Made by a program: the position numbers and the translations under genes. Positions 1 through 8,581 of a DNA stretch of 32,000 nt are shown here, in pieces. Numbering within the stretch: position 1 is the stretch's first letter; each line of letters opens with the position of its first letter. Under the pieces are notes generated by a model. It had not been told where the DNA came from, ran no database searches, and worked only from the letters and a program-made list of their open reading frames with translations. The stretch comes from Bdellovibrionales bacterium (GTDB lineage: Bacteria > Bdellovibrionota > Bdellovibrionia > Bdellovibrionales > UBA1609), in NCBI GenBank assembly GCA_963692945.1, contig OY843585.1, positions 840,001-872,000 of the forward strand, given 5' to 3'.

Positions 1-209
1 GATAAAAGAAATTCTATAGGAGTATACTTTGTTATAAATTTTTGTTCCATTTCAGGAGTTAAATTTGAAAGTAACTCTGTTAAAAGAAGATTCCTTATTT
101 GAGAAGGTCTTTTTTTCCAACCTCTAACAAGCAATTTATCACTTATTTCTTTAAGCCTTTCTTTGTCTTTAGAAGTTACATTGAATTTTATAACACTATC
201 TTTTTCCAT
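1..209 (-). CDS. small protein, N-terminal 69 codons only (gene runs off window start); possible ribbon-helix-helix DNA-binding protein
   Basis: Absent from the ORF track (no stop in window). ATG at 209-207 follows AGGAGGA (220-214), right after the stop of the upstream gene (221-223). My translation MEKDSVIKFNVTSKDKERLKEISDKLLVRGWKKRPSQIRNLLLTELLSNLTPEMEQKFITKYTPIEFLL stays open to nt 1. The RHH call is only a strand-then-helix pattern guess. Confidence 0.45.
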   Translation of the reverse strand, partial: MEKDSVIKFNVTSKDKERLKEISDKLLVRGWKKRPSQIRNLLLTELLSNLTPEMEQKFITKYTPIEFLL

Positions 210-220
210 AACATCCTCCT

Positions 221-805
221 TTATTTTATGATGATTTTTATAGGTTTAGTTTGTTTGATAACTAAATACTCACTAAGTTCTTTTTTCTCTTTTTCTATAA
301 GGTTTATTTTTTGACTATCAAAAAAATGAAAAGACCTTTTAAACAAAAAACTTAAGTTTTTTGGTAATTCTAAGAAGAAATTAAGAAGTATTTCTTTTAA
401 AAAAGCTTCTTTTTTATCTCCTTGTAAAATAATAGGAAAAACATCAATAGGAATTGTTTTTTCATTTAAAAGAACTTTATTCAAAGAAACAAGAGCGTTG
501 CTTGTATTTTGTAAAGCTTTTATTTCACCAAGAAATAAAGATTTAGGTTTATAAACTTTTACATAAACTGGAAGAGCCGTTTTGTCTGTAGCAAAAACTT
601 CTTTTTCCATATAACCTTTTAAAATTGTTCCTTTTTTAAAAAGAGTGCTACTAGAGTGAATTAAGAAATTCTCATTAAATTTAAACCCTGTTCTTTTCAT
701 AACAAAAGACGAGTCTTTTTTCTTCTTCTCTTTTACTATAGGATTTTTAAGATTAAAAATGATTTCAGAGTGAGCATAAAAACTTAATAAAAAAAGTGTT
801 ATCAT
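221..805 (-). CDS. short VirB10/TrbI-like T4SS protein (194 aa from ATG 805)
   Basis: The track ORF 221..817 starts at TTG. The internal ATG at 805 forms an ATGA overlap with the upstream stop (802-804) and gives a signal-like N-terminus, MITLFLLSFYAHSEI. The core LFKKGTILKGYMEKEVFATDKTALPVYVKVYKPKSLFLGEIKAL resembles the VirB10 C-terminal barrel pattern. Its position after a VirB9-like gene supports the call. Confidence 0.4.
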   Translation of the reverse strand: MITLFLLSFYAHSEIIFNLKNPIVKEKKKKDSSFVMKRTGFKFNENFLIHSSSTLFKKGTILKGYMEKEVFATDKTALPVYVKVYKPKSLFLGEIKALQNTSNALVSLNKVLLNEKTIPIDVFPIILQGDKKEAFLKEILLNFFLELPKNLSFLFKRSFHFFDSQKINLIEKEKKELSEYLVIKQTKPIKIIIK

Positions 806-1257
806 TTGATTCTCCAAGAGCTTTTAAGGATTTTTTTTATATCTTTAGATTTATTGATTTTTATAGATTTATAATGGGAAAAAGATTTTATTTGAGGATG
901 TTTTATTTTAGATTGAAATAACACTTCAACTAAATCATTATGTGTGATTTTTGAAGGAACAATATCAAATATCAAGTAAGATTTTTTACATTTAACTAAA
1001 AGATTTGTAGGCTGAGATTTCCATTTTTTTAAAAGAAGATGAATTTCTTTTTTACCCATAGAAACAGATAAATCATTAGGGGAACCTACTAAAACCTTAT
1101 TGATCTCACAAGGGACTTGTAAAACAGAGATTCTTCCTGCTGAAAGATAGATTCTTAAAGCACTATCTTCTTTTAAAATAACTCTATTGACTCTTTTAAA
1201 TCCATAAGATGAGAATCCTATAAGAAATAAACTACTTAACTTTAATATCAGATACAT
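802..1257 (-). CDS. short VirB9/TrbG-like T4SS protein (151 aa)
   Basis: Signal peptide MYLILKLSSLFLIGFSSYG. RIYLSAGRISVLQVPCEINKVLVGSPNDLSVSMGKKEIHLLLKKWKSQPTNLLVKCKKSYLIFDIV matches the VirB9 N-terminal domain pattern (..I..v.vGd...w.v......l.lKP....TNL.v.t..r.Y.F.l). Synteny fits. Confidence 0.45.
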   Translation of the reverse strand: MYLILKLSSLFLIGFSSYGFKRVNRVILKEDSALRIYLSAGRISVLQVPCEINKVLVGSPNDLSVSMGKKEIHLLLKKWKSQPTNLLVKCKKSYLIFDIVPSKITHNDLVEVLFQSKIKHPQIKSFSHYKSIKINKSKDIKKILKSSWRIK

Positions 1258-1780
1258 AATATCTCCAAGGATTTTTATAATTTCTTTGATTGTTTGATAA
1301 ATGAATGACTAATTTTTTAAAACTTTTATCTGTTTTTCCTTTTTTAAATTTAATATTTTCAACTTTTATTTCATAAGTTCTATCTGTAATTTCTTTAACC
1401 TCTATAATCTGCGTTGTTTGTATGATTTGATTTTCTTTGATATAAAAACTAGTTTTTATAAAATCCTTTCTTTGTTTATTCCATAAAGCATCTGACATCA
1501 TATCACCTGCTTTTGATATATTTTTATCATAAGAATTTTTATCAAAATTGAGTGAAAGACCTATAAAATGTCTAAGAAAATTTTGAACTTCTAAATTGGT
1601 TTCTTTTTCTTTTTTTAAGACTTCAAAAAAACCTCTATCTTTTGTAATAACTAAAATCTCATTTTTTTGATTAAAAATTAAAATACTCATAAAGCTTGCC
1701 CATAAAAATAAACAAATAAACAAACTAGATAAAATAAATTCTTTTTTATATAGTTTAAATATCAACATCTTGACCCTCAT
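1232..1780 (-). CDS. VirB8/TrbF-like T4SS inner-membrane protein
   Basis: 182 aa with one N-terminal TM (FILSSLFICLFLWASFMSILIF), then a periplasmic domain ending in NYKNPWRYYVSDIKV, like the NPlG..V..y end of VirB8. It lies between VirB6-like and VirB9-like genes. Confidence 0.5.
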   Translation of the reverse strand: MRVKMLIFKLYKKEFILSSLFICLFLWASFMSILIFNQKNEILVITKDRGFFEVLKKEKETNLEVQNFLRHFIGLSLNFDKNSYDKNISKAGDMMSDALWNKQRKDFIKTSFYIKENQIIQTTQIIEVKEITDRTYEIKVENIKFKKGKTDKSFKKLVIHLSNNQRNYKNPWRYYVSDIKVK

Positions 1781-2795
1781 TGTGTTCTTCTCTATGCTCT
1801 TTTATAAAAGATTCTTTTTCTTCTTTTGCGGGGGGCGATGTATTTTTATCCTCGCAAACAAAATCTAACTGATTGTGATCTTCATTAAACAAATTATAAT
1901 TTTCATTTTTTGTATCTTTAATAATTTCATTATTCAATAAAGAGTGATCTTCAAGTCTAATTCTAGTGTCTTCATTGATGTCCATTTCTAATTGATTTTC
2001 CTGAGATTCTTCTTCAAACGAATTGGCTTCAATAGAGCTTAATTTTACATTTTCTTGAAAATTGGAATTTAATTTTTTATGATTCTCATTTCTAAATAAA
2101 CTTAAAGTTTTATTTAATCCTCTAGAACTTAAAAAAGCTGTTTGTTTTAGTTTATTTCCAATTTGTATTTGAGATATTTTGCTAAATACCCAAAGGGGAA
2201 GCAAGACTTTAGCAATACTTGCAGAACTAACAATCACATTATTAGAAAAAGCGTTATCGCTTACAGCAATCACTAAAACAGCAAAGTTTATAGAATGCCA
2301 AATCAATGGCCAAAGACCTGCCACTAACAAAAGTAAAAAGAAAACTTTAAGCATATTATACATTCTAAACATTGTTCCTAAAAACAAGATGTAACCTGAA
2401 AAAAATCCCAAAAGACAAACAATGACCATATAAATAGAAAAACTAATCCAATAACAGATAATCCCTATCATATCTGTTAAATGCTTAAGTTTTTCAGAAA
2501 AAAACCCTCCTTCAAGTTTTATTTCTGAATAAGAAATAGATAAGTCACTTGCAACAAAGTAGGGAATTTGAAGAGTTAGTTTTAAAATATCAGTGAAGAA
2601 AAAAAGACCAAGAGCTAAAAGAAGAGTGTCTTTTAAGATATTGATGAAATCTTCTGAATTTTTAAATAAAAGAAAATTCAATAAAATCCTTGTGAAAAAA
2701 GCCAATGGAAAAAGAAGCAATATGTAACTTCTTGTTTGATTAAAAACTTCTACAATTTTATTTAGAATAAGACTGTCTAAAGGAAAACTTGTCAT
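1755..2795 (-). CDS. VirB6/TrbL-like polytopic T4SS membrane protein with acidic C-terminal tail
   Basis: 346 aa. Several hydrophobic helices occupy the first ~230 aa, followed by a ~110-aa D/E/N-rich tail. Position between VirB5-like and VirB8-like genes. Confidence 0.5.
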   Translation of the reverse strand: MTSFPLDSLILNKIVEVFNQTRSYILLLFPLAFFTRILLNFLLFKNSEDFINILKDTLLLALGLFFFTDILKLTLQIPYFVASDLSISYSEIKLEGGFFSEKLKHLTDMIGIICYWISFSIYMVIVCLLGFFSGYILFLGTMFRMYNMLKVFFLLLLVAGLWPLIWHSINFAVLVIAVSDNAFSNNVIVSSASIAKVLLPLWVFSKISQIQIGNKLKQTAFLSSRGLNKTLSLFRNENHKKLNSNFQENVKLSSIEANSFEEESQENQLEMDINEDTRIRLEDHSLLNNEIIKDTKNENYNLFNEDHNQLDFVCEDKNTSPPAKEEKESFIKEHREEHNEGQDVDI

Positions 2796-2796
2796 A

Positions 2797-3438
2797 TTAA
2801 AAAACTCCTAAAAATTTCTTTCTCTTTTTTTTAAAAGATTCTTTTTTTCTTTTAAAAGGATGAAAAGTATTAAATTTTAAAGTTTTTTGATGCTTATTCA
2901 TATAAGCATATTGATTTTTAACAAACTCTTTTTTTTCTCCTTCTTTTTTAATCTTTTTTCTTTTTTGAGAGACTTTTTCTCTTAAGTCTCTAATGTCTTT
3001 CGCTTGAGATTCCTTTAACAAAGCTCTTAAGACTCTATTGGTTTCAAAAGATTGACTTGCAATAATAGAGTCATTATCTAAAATTATTGTTTCCAAAACA
3101 TTGAAAAAACTTTTAGCTCTTTTTATATAATCATTAAAAAATTTCATTTTATTTTTTAAGGATGATTTTTTATTTGGAGTGAAATCTTTTAAATCTTCAA
3201 CATAAGAGCCTATCTCTTCTAATGCTTTTAATTCTTTACTTAAATTTTCTAATTCTTCTTCATATTTGAAAATCTCTTCTTCTAATTTTTTAAAGGTTTC
3301 TAATTCTTTAAGAAAATATCTTCCCTCTTTTGCTTGTAAGACATAACTATTTATCTCTTTTTTAATATCTAAAACACCTGAGATAAAAGCCTTTGAGTGT
3401 AAGGGAACAATTAAAAGTAAAACAAACATTTTAGACAT
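2797..3438 (-). CDS. secreted coiled-coil protein, VirB5/TrbJ-like by position
   Basis: 213 aa with signal peptide MSKMFVLLLIVPLHSKA. It is rich in heptad-like K/E/L segments and sits directly after VirB4, overlapping it by 8 nt. Confidence 0.4.
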   Translation of the reverse strand: MSKMFVLLLIVPLHSKAFISGVLDIKKEINSYVLQAKEGRYFLKELETFKKLEEEIFKYEEELENLSKELKALEEIGSYVEDLKDFTPNKKSSLKNKMKFFNDYIKRAKSFFNVLETIILDNDSIIASQSFETNRVLRALLKESQAKDIRDLREKVSQKRKKIKKEGEKKEFVKNQYAYMNKHQKTLKFNTFHPFKRKKESFKKKRKKFLGVF

Positions 3439-5515
3439 AACTCATCACCTCTAAAGCTTTATCTTCATTGATTTTCAAAACACTTTGTAATTTTTGAATT
3501 TTTGTTAAAAATTCAGGATCCGTGTTAGACCTTAAATACTCTCTTTTTGAGAGTCTTAAAAATCCCACTCTTGAACCTATAGAATCTTTTAAGAGAAAAG
3601 AAGAGTAATCTCCTTTTATCATCTGAAGATTTCTTATCTTATTATATTCTTCTAAACTTAAACCAAAAGTTTCCATAAATTTTTCTTTTAATCCGTCAGA
3701 AGAAAACAAAAACTTAAATTCTGAATTATCTATTAAAGAAGGATTATTATTTATAATTAAATCCCTTGAGTTTTGAGCTACTAGAATCAATGAACCATAG
3801 AGTTTTCTTACATTTTTAGAAAGCAGACAGAAAGTTTGAAAGGAGTTCTTAATAAAGAAAGGTGTTTCATCTGATATAAAAATTAACTTTTCATCTGGCT
3901 GTTTTGTTAATAGCTTGATTGAAAATTCAGCCATTATAGCTGCTATAATGGCTTTTCCAATTTGTGAGTTTGAAGCCGTATTAATATTTTTGAAATTAAA
4001 ATAAGAAAGCCTATTGTTTAAATCATTAGTTTTTCCATTAAAAATAAATTCATTTAAACTTCCTTTAATCCATTTTGATAAATGAATCTTTCTTGGATGA
4101 TTAAACATTTGATAAAAATGATCTAAAGTTTTTTCAGTATTACTTTTTGAAAATTTGATTAAACTTTGATCTAAAAGAATTTTATCTTTTACATCTAAGG
4201 AAACTTCTTTATCTTCTAAAAGAAGTTTTTCTATAAAATCTGATAAAATTTCAATCCTATCCTTGTTTGTTGTTAAATATCTGAAAGGATTTAATCCACA
4301 AGAATTTGTAATGTCTATATTATGAGTTTTTCCCTCCAAAAATCTCACGGTTTTTGTATGTGACCCTTTGACATCAACTAAGAAAATATGTGCTTTATTG
4401 TCAAAATGAAGTGCTTTTACAAGAAGATTGATGAATACAGACTTACCCTTACCACTTTTGCCTATTATGATGCCCGAATGATTAGAATAAGAGGGTGAAA
4501 ATGGGTTAAAACTATCAAGACTTAAGTCTTTCCTTTGGAAAGTTAAGGCTTCATCTTTAAAGGTGCTTTGACCAAAAGAATAAAGGGGCAAAAAACACTT
4601 CAAAACAGAACTTAATTCCAAAAGTTTTGTATGAAAATTGCCACTTGGAACTAAAGCTTTTAAAGAGGGTAAAGCCCCAACACTTTCCTCACTAAAAGTC
4701 CCAAGAGAGCTTAAAAATCTTTGAGCAAGGTTTAAATCTCTTACAAGATGTTTTCCTTGTTTTCTTCTCATCACAATATGAACTTCAAAACGATAAAGAT
4801 TTTCTCCACCAAGTATAACCTTAGTTTGACTAAGCTGTGATTCTTTATATTTTTCAAATGCAACCCTCCCTCGTCCTTCTTCTTCAATTTTAGACTTATG
4901 CTTTAAAACTTTATCACTTTCAAAATTTCCTAATTTCTCAAATAAAATATGAAACTCTAAAGGCTTTGGAATATTTTCAAGGCTAGATGCTAAAGTGTGT
5001 AAAGAGATAAGATGACTTGATGTATTTTTTAATTTTAATACACCAACAAAATCTTTATTTGTTTTTAATCCAATAGGAATAATTTTAAAAGGTCTATTTA
5101 TTTGATAAAATTCCTTAAAGTCTTTTATAGGTAGAGACTTTAATTTTTCTAAAAAATTATTGTTTAAACTCTCTAGAATTTCTTTTTCACGACTTCTAAC
5201 TGCTTCTTCCTTATTAAATAAAATTTCTTTTAAAGATAGTTTTCTTTTATTTTCAAAATGAATGAGTCTCTTATTTAAAACAAAACCTCTGTCTTCTAAA
5301 TCTAAACTTCTATCTGTTTTAAAATTATTTTCTTTTTTCCAAGATTGAAAAAGACTAATTCTTACTCTTAAATTATCAGGTAGAGATTTTAAAAAACTAT
5401 CTAACTGATTTTCTAAACTTTTTAAATCTTCCAATTCTAAGTCTAATCCATTGCATGTAAAACTTGTTCCAACAATGCCATTCTCAAAAATCCAAAAATT
5501 TTTTCTATCATTCAT
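3431..5515 (-). CDS. virB4: T4SS ATPase VirB4/TrbE family
   Basis: 694 aa. Walker A is IIGKSGKGKSVF (nt 4442-4465 on minus) and a Walker B-like LIFISDETPFF is present. Size and operon context fit: it is preceded by pilin-like and VirB3-like genes. Confidence 0.85.
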   Translation of the reverse strand: MNDRKNFWIFENGIVGTSFTCNGLDLELEDLKSLENQLDSFLKSLPDNLRVRISLFQSWKKENNFKTDRSLDLEDRGFVLNKRLIHFENKRKLSLKEILFNKEEAVRSREKEILESLNNNFLEKLKSLPIKDFKEFYQINRPFKIIPIGLKTNKDFVGVLKLKNTSSHLISLHTLASSLENIPKPLEFHILFEKLGNFESDKVLKHKSKIEEEGRGRVAFEKYKESQLSQTKVILGGENLYRFEVHIVMRRKQGKHLVRDLNLAQRFLSSLGTFSEESVGALPSLKALVPSGNFHTKLLELSSVLKCFLPLYSFGQSTFKDEALTFQRKDLSLDSFNPFSPSYSNHSGIIIGKSGKGKSVFINLLVKALHFDNKAHIFLVDVKGSHTKTVRFLEGKTHNIDITNSCGLNPFRYLTTNKDRIEILSDFIEKLLLEDKEVSLDVKDKILLDQSLIKFSKSNTEKTLDHFYQMFNHPRKIHLSKWIKGSLNEFIFNGKTNDLNNRLSYFNFKNINTASNSQIGKAIIAAIMAEFSIKLLTKQPDEKLIFISDETPFFIKNSFQTFCLLSKNVRKLYGSLILVAQNSRDLIINNNPSLIDNSEFKFLFSSDGLKEKFMETFGLSLEEYNKIRNLQMIKGDYSSFLLKDSIGSRVGFLRLSKREYLRSNTDPEFLTKIQKLQSVLKINEDKALEVMSYV

Positions 5516-5768
5516 AAAAATTTCCGTTGATGAGACAATGAATCTTAAACTTTAAATAATCTCTTATAATCCCTCTTCTAAATTTTAAACGAATTGGAAT
5601 TAAAAATAAGGCTATTAAGAAAACAAAAAAGATAGCTAAAATCTCAAGACCAAGGCTTAAAAACAAAACTTGTAAAAGACTATAAGTTATACTTAAAAAA
5701 AGTAAATCATCTAAAGTTAGACCAAAAAAATTAGGTTTGATATTTAAAGTGTGAGAGGGTTTATACAT
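5508..5768 (-). CDS. VirB3/TrbD-like small membrane protein
   Basis: 86 aa with two hydrophobic helices. It sits immediately upstream of VirB4 and overlaps it by 8 nt. Confidence 0.45.
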   Translation of the reverse strand: MYKPSHTLNIKPNFFGLTLDDLLFLSITYSLLQVLFLSLGLEILAIFFVFLIALFLIPIRLKFRRGIIRDYLKFKIHCLINGNFYE

Positions 5769-5779
5769 TAAAATATCTT

Positions 5780-6052
5780 TTAATTGAAAATAGAATAAAA
5801 CAGACTAAATAAAGCTCCTGCTGAGGCGAAAACCACAGTTCCAATAACAGCACTCATAAGTCGTTCTGTTCCAACTCTTTTAGACCAATAAAAAGTTGCA
5901 CCTGAAACCATCAACGCTAAAACTCCAACAACAGCTATAATTTCTTTTAAACTTGAACTTGCTTCTTCCACAGAATGAAGAAAGTCACGAGCTAAAATAG
6001 AATTTGAGTAAATTATCAAAAACAAATAAAAATAAATAAAATCTTTTTTCAT
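5780..6052 (-). CDS. VirB2/TrbC-like pilin
   Basis: 90 aa. Signal peptide MKKDFIYFYLFLIIYSNSILA is followed by two hydrophobic helices (IIAVVGVLALMVSGATFYW, VIGTVVFASAGALFSLF), the typical pilin layout. First of the VirB2-3-4 order. Confidence 0.55.
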   Translation of the reverse strand: MKKDFIYFYLFLIIYSNSILARDFLHSVEEASSSLKEIIAVVGVLALMVSGATFYWSKRVGTERLMSAVIGTVVFASAGALFSLFYSIFN

Positions 6053-6321
6053 AAAATCTCCTTTAATTTTAAAAAAACATTTGGTTTAAAAATGAAACAA
6101 ATCACTAAAGTAAGAGTTAATCCAATGAGGACTTTAATATCCATAAACAAAAAAGAAATGATTTGAATAAAACTGACCAAACAACTAAGAGTAATATTCA
6201 AAATAAATAAAAGACTTAAAATCTTAAGTGTAATATCTCTATTAGAGTCTTCTTTTCTAAGACTTAACCCGTAATCTATAAGAGATAAGAATTTATCCCT
6301 AATTTTAAATAACATTTTCAT
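6049..6321 (-). CDS. small polytopic membrane protein, T4SS operon
   Basis: 90 aa. SD GGAGGAGCA precedes the ATG. ATGA overlaps occur at both ends (6318-6321 and 6049-6052). Two or three hydrophobic helices. Confidence 0.5.
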   Translation of the reverse strand: MKMLFKIRDKFLSLIDYGLSLRKEDSNRDITLKILSLLFILNITLSCLVSFIQIISFLFMDIKVLIGLTLTLVICFIFKPNVFLKLKEIL

Positions 6322-6830
6322 TGCTCCTCCTTAACTTTCGCTCCCGTTAGTTCAAACATTTTATTTCCCTTTATCAATCTGTTATTTCCAACGAAAACCC
6401 ATTCCTTATTTCCATAATCTTTTTGAAGTTCGTATAAAGACCATTGCCCAAAATCAATAAATTCTTTAAATTCTTTTGGAATATTTTTTTCAGTAAGATA
6501 AGATTTTCCACCTGTTAAGAATTTGATTTTATTTCCCTCATAAGTTAGACCAAAATCTTCTTCTAAAACTTTAATTTTGTTTTCAAGGTCTTTGATTGTT
6601 TCTTCTTCACTAAAGAAAGATGAAGAAAGAAGAAGGGCTAGAAAACCTAACCCTCCTCCATATAAAAGTGCGTTTTTGACTTTTTGTTCTTTATGTGTGT
6701 AACCAACTGCACTTCCTATTCCAAAACTTAAAATTCCTGCACCAAGTATTTTTTCTTTATGTCTCAAATTGGCACATCCCACCAAAAAGAAAAGACAAAT
6801 AAATAAAATTTTATTTGATATGTTTTCCAT
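6318..6830 (-). CDS. lipoprotein, T4SS operon (possible VirB7-type role)
   Basis: 170 aa. Lipobox FFLVGC follows the signal peptide and SD GGAGG lies 5 nt before the ATG. The VirB7-like role is inferred from position only. Confidence 0.55.
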   Translation of the reverse strand: MENISNKILFICLFFLVGCANLRHKEKILGAGILSFGIGSAVGYTHKEQKVKNALLYGGGLGFLALLLSSSFFSEEETIKDLENKIKVLEEDFGLTYEGNKIKFLTGGKSYLTEKNIPKEFKEFIDFGQWSLYELQKDYGNKEWVFVGNNRLIKGNKMFELTGAKVKEEQ

Positions 6831-7158
6831 AGCGACCTCCTATACATTCGTTAGAATGATTTTTAGGTCTTCTTTCAATAACAATTCTAGCTCCTCTTTC
6901 TATAGTTAGAGGCATAAAACTGATGTCTGGAGATTCAAAATACTTGATTCTTAATTCAAAATAACTTCCTAAAATTAAATTATCATTTCCAGCGAAAGCC
7001 ATTGCTTTCAAAAAACTTTCTATTGTATGAACACCTGTAAGTTTTACAGGTTGAACTTCTTTTTTTACAATTTCATCCTTAAAACCTAGTTCTTGTAATT
7101 CTGCACAGCTAACAGAAAAAATACTTAAACTTAAAAAAATAATCTTAAAACAATTCAT
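6811..7158 (-). CDS. small secreted or lipoprotein, first gene of T4SS operon
   Basis: The track ORF begins at GTG 7161. The ATG at 7158 has AAGGAG 6 nt upstream. Signal peptide MNCFKIIFLSLSIFSVSC. Confidence 0.5.
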   Translation of the reverse strand: MNCFKIIFLSLSIFSVSCAELQELGFKDEIVKKEVQPVKLTGVHTIESFLKAMAFAGNDNLILGSYFELRIKYFESPDISFMPLTIERGARIVIERRPKNHSNECIGGRYGKHIK

Positions 7159-7189
7159 CACAAACTCCTTTTTTCTTGGACTTGTGAGA

Positions 7190-7239
7190 ATTACAAATAA
7201 AAAAATAAAAAGAAAGGGTAGGGGTTAAATCAACCCTAC
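7190..7239 (-). terminator. rho-independent terminator after the DUF2806-like gene
   Basis: On the minus strand the hairpin is gtagggtt-gattt-aacccctac (7218-7239), followed by a U-rich tract (plus-strand A-run 7190-7217). Confidence 0.5.
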
Positions 7240-7327
7240 GTGTGTTGAACCAAGAAGGGATAAATGGATAAAAATAGAGAGTTTCATCTCATCATGGGAT
7301 GAATAAAAGGAACTCTATAAAGTAAAT

Positions 7328-8176
7328 CTACATTATATTGTCTTTATCAGAATAGTTAAATTTAAATTGTCCATTATTTAATTTACTCTTTTTTAATTGA
7401 TATCCTTTTAATTTTAAATATTTAGATAAACTAGATAAATATATCTCATCTGGTTCATGATGAACAAATTTAGCTAATTCTCTTCCGGAGCATGTTAAAA
7501 AGAGAAAATCTGGTAATACATCCTCTGTTTTAGGTTTAGGAGTTACATATAGCATATAACCATAGTAGGAACCTATTCTTGCTATATTGTAAGTAATATC
7601 AGGTGTAACAGGTTTTCCTTCCATTACGTTGAATGGCATAACTAAAGAAGCTTCAACTAATATAGAAATTTCATGATGAAATGGAAAACTTGGAAGTGTC
7701 TGATTTATTTTGTCTGTATAAAATATACAACCATCTATACTATATTTTAAGAATCTATGAAAAAGATTAGCTTCTTCAGAAGTTAAATTGCTAAGAACTG
7801 ACATTGTTCTTTTAGAAGTATTGGTTGTTCCATTTATTTTTCCATCTAAAATTTTAGCCCAAATTTGTTTTAAATCTTCTTCACTTACATCTTTACATTT
7901 ATCTATAAAATTTCCTACCCAACTTGGTTCCATATTTTTAATATTTTCTTTATTTACATTTTTTGTTGCTTTTAAAAATACATCAGTTACATTGTTTTTT
8001 CTGGTTTGTGGTAATGATTCTATAATTTCTTTTGTTGAAGAAGGATTAAGAATAATAAGATTTGTATTTTGGATTGTGGACGTAGATTTTTTTTGGTTAA
8101 TCTCAATTTTAAAAAAATTTTTGAAGTTAACTACTAGGCTGTCAAATACTTTGCCAATAATACTAAAAACACTCAC
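7328..8176 (-). CDS. DUF2806-like protein
   Basis: 282 aa. PSWVGNFIDKCKDVSEEDLKQIWAKILDGKINGTTNTSKRTMSVLSNLTSEEANLFHRFLKY matches my memory of the DUF2806 core (W..F.n.a.dvSdeelq.lWAkiLagE....gs.S.rtl..L..Ls..eA.lF). The start is uncertain: GTG at 8176 with no SD. Confidence 0.55.
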   Translation of the reverse strand: MSVFSIIGKVFDSLVVNFKNFFKIEINQKKSTSTIQNTNLIILNPSSTKEIIESLPQTRKNNVTDVFLKATKNVNKENIKNMEPSWVGNFIDKCKDVSEEDLKQIWAKILDGKINGTTNTSKRTMSVLSNLTSEEANLFHRFLKYSIDGCIFYTDKINQTLPSFPFHHEISILVEASLVMPFNVMEGKPVTPDITYNIARIGSYYGYMLYVTPKPKTEDVLPDFLFLTCSGRELAKFVHHEPDEIYLSSLSKYLKLKGYQLKKSKLNNGQFKFNYSDKDNIM

Positions 8177-8197
8177 AGAATAAATTTATAATATAAA

Positions 8198-8581
8198 TTA
8201 TTTCACAGGCTGATATGGGCCACCACCACCCCCACCTGGCATAGATGCTAAAACTTCATATACAAACCATTTATACTCTACTTCTTTTTCTAAATAAGAA
8301 TGAGGAGCATAAATCAAAATATCATTATTATTGATCATTTTTTGAATTTCATTAACTTTAGCATTTGAAAGAGGAAGTTCTTTTACTTGTTTTTCTATCA
8401 ATGAAGATACAAAATTGCTTTCTGTGATAAGAGAAGCAAATTTATTATCCATTTTATGATTTACATTAAAGGGTCTTAACTGATGAGTTGGATAAGACTT
8501 TATACTAAAATTGTTATATCCTGTTTGAGCCACAGCAAAAGCTGGCACAATAAAAGTAAAAAATATTAAAATTGTTTTCAT
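8198..8581 (-). CDS. small secreted protein with C-terminal Gly run
   Basis: 127 aa. Signal peptide MKTILIFFTFIVPAFAVAQ and C-terminus PGGGGGGPYQPVK. An ATGA overlap with the upstream regulator (8578-8581) implies translational coupling. Confidence 0.6.
   Translation of the reverse strand: MKTILIFFTFIVPAFAVAQTGYNNFSIKSYPTHQLRPFNVNHKMDNKFASLITESNFVSSLIEKQVKELPLSNAKVNEIQKMINNNDILIYAPHSYLEKEVEYKWFVYEVLASMPGGGGGGPYQPVK

Noticed and set aside
805-817. Longest-ORF starts using TTG or GTG (817, 7161, 17904)
   Set aside because: Internal ATGs at 805, 7158 and 17826 have better SD placement or ATGA coupling, and they give clean signal peptides.
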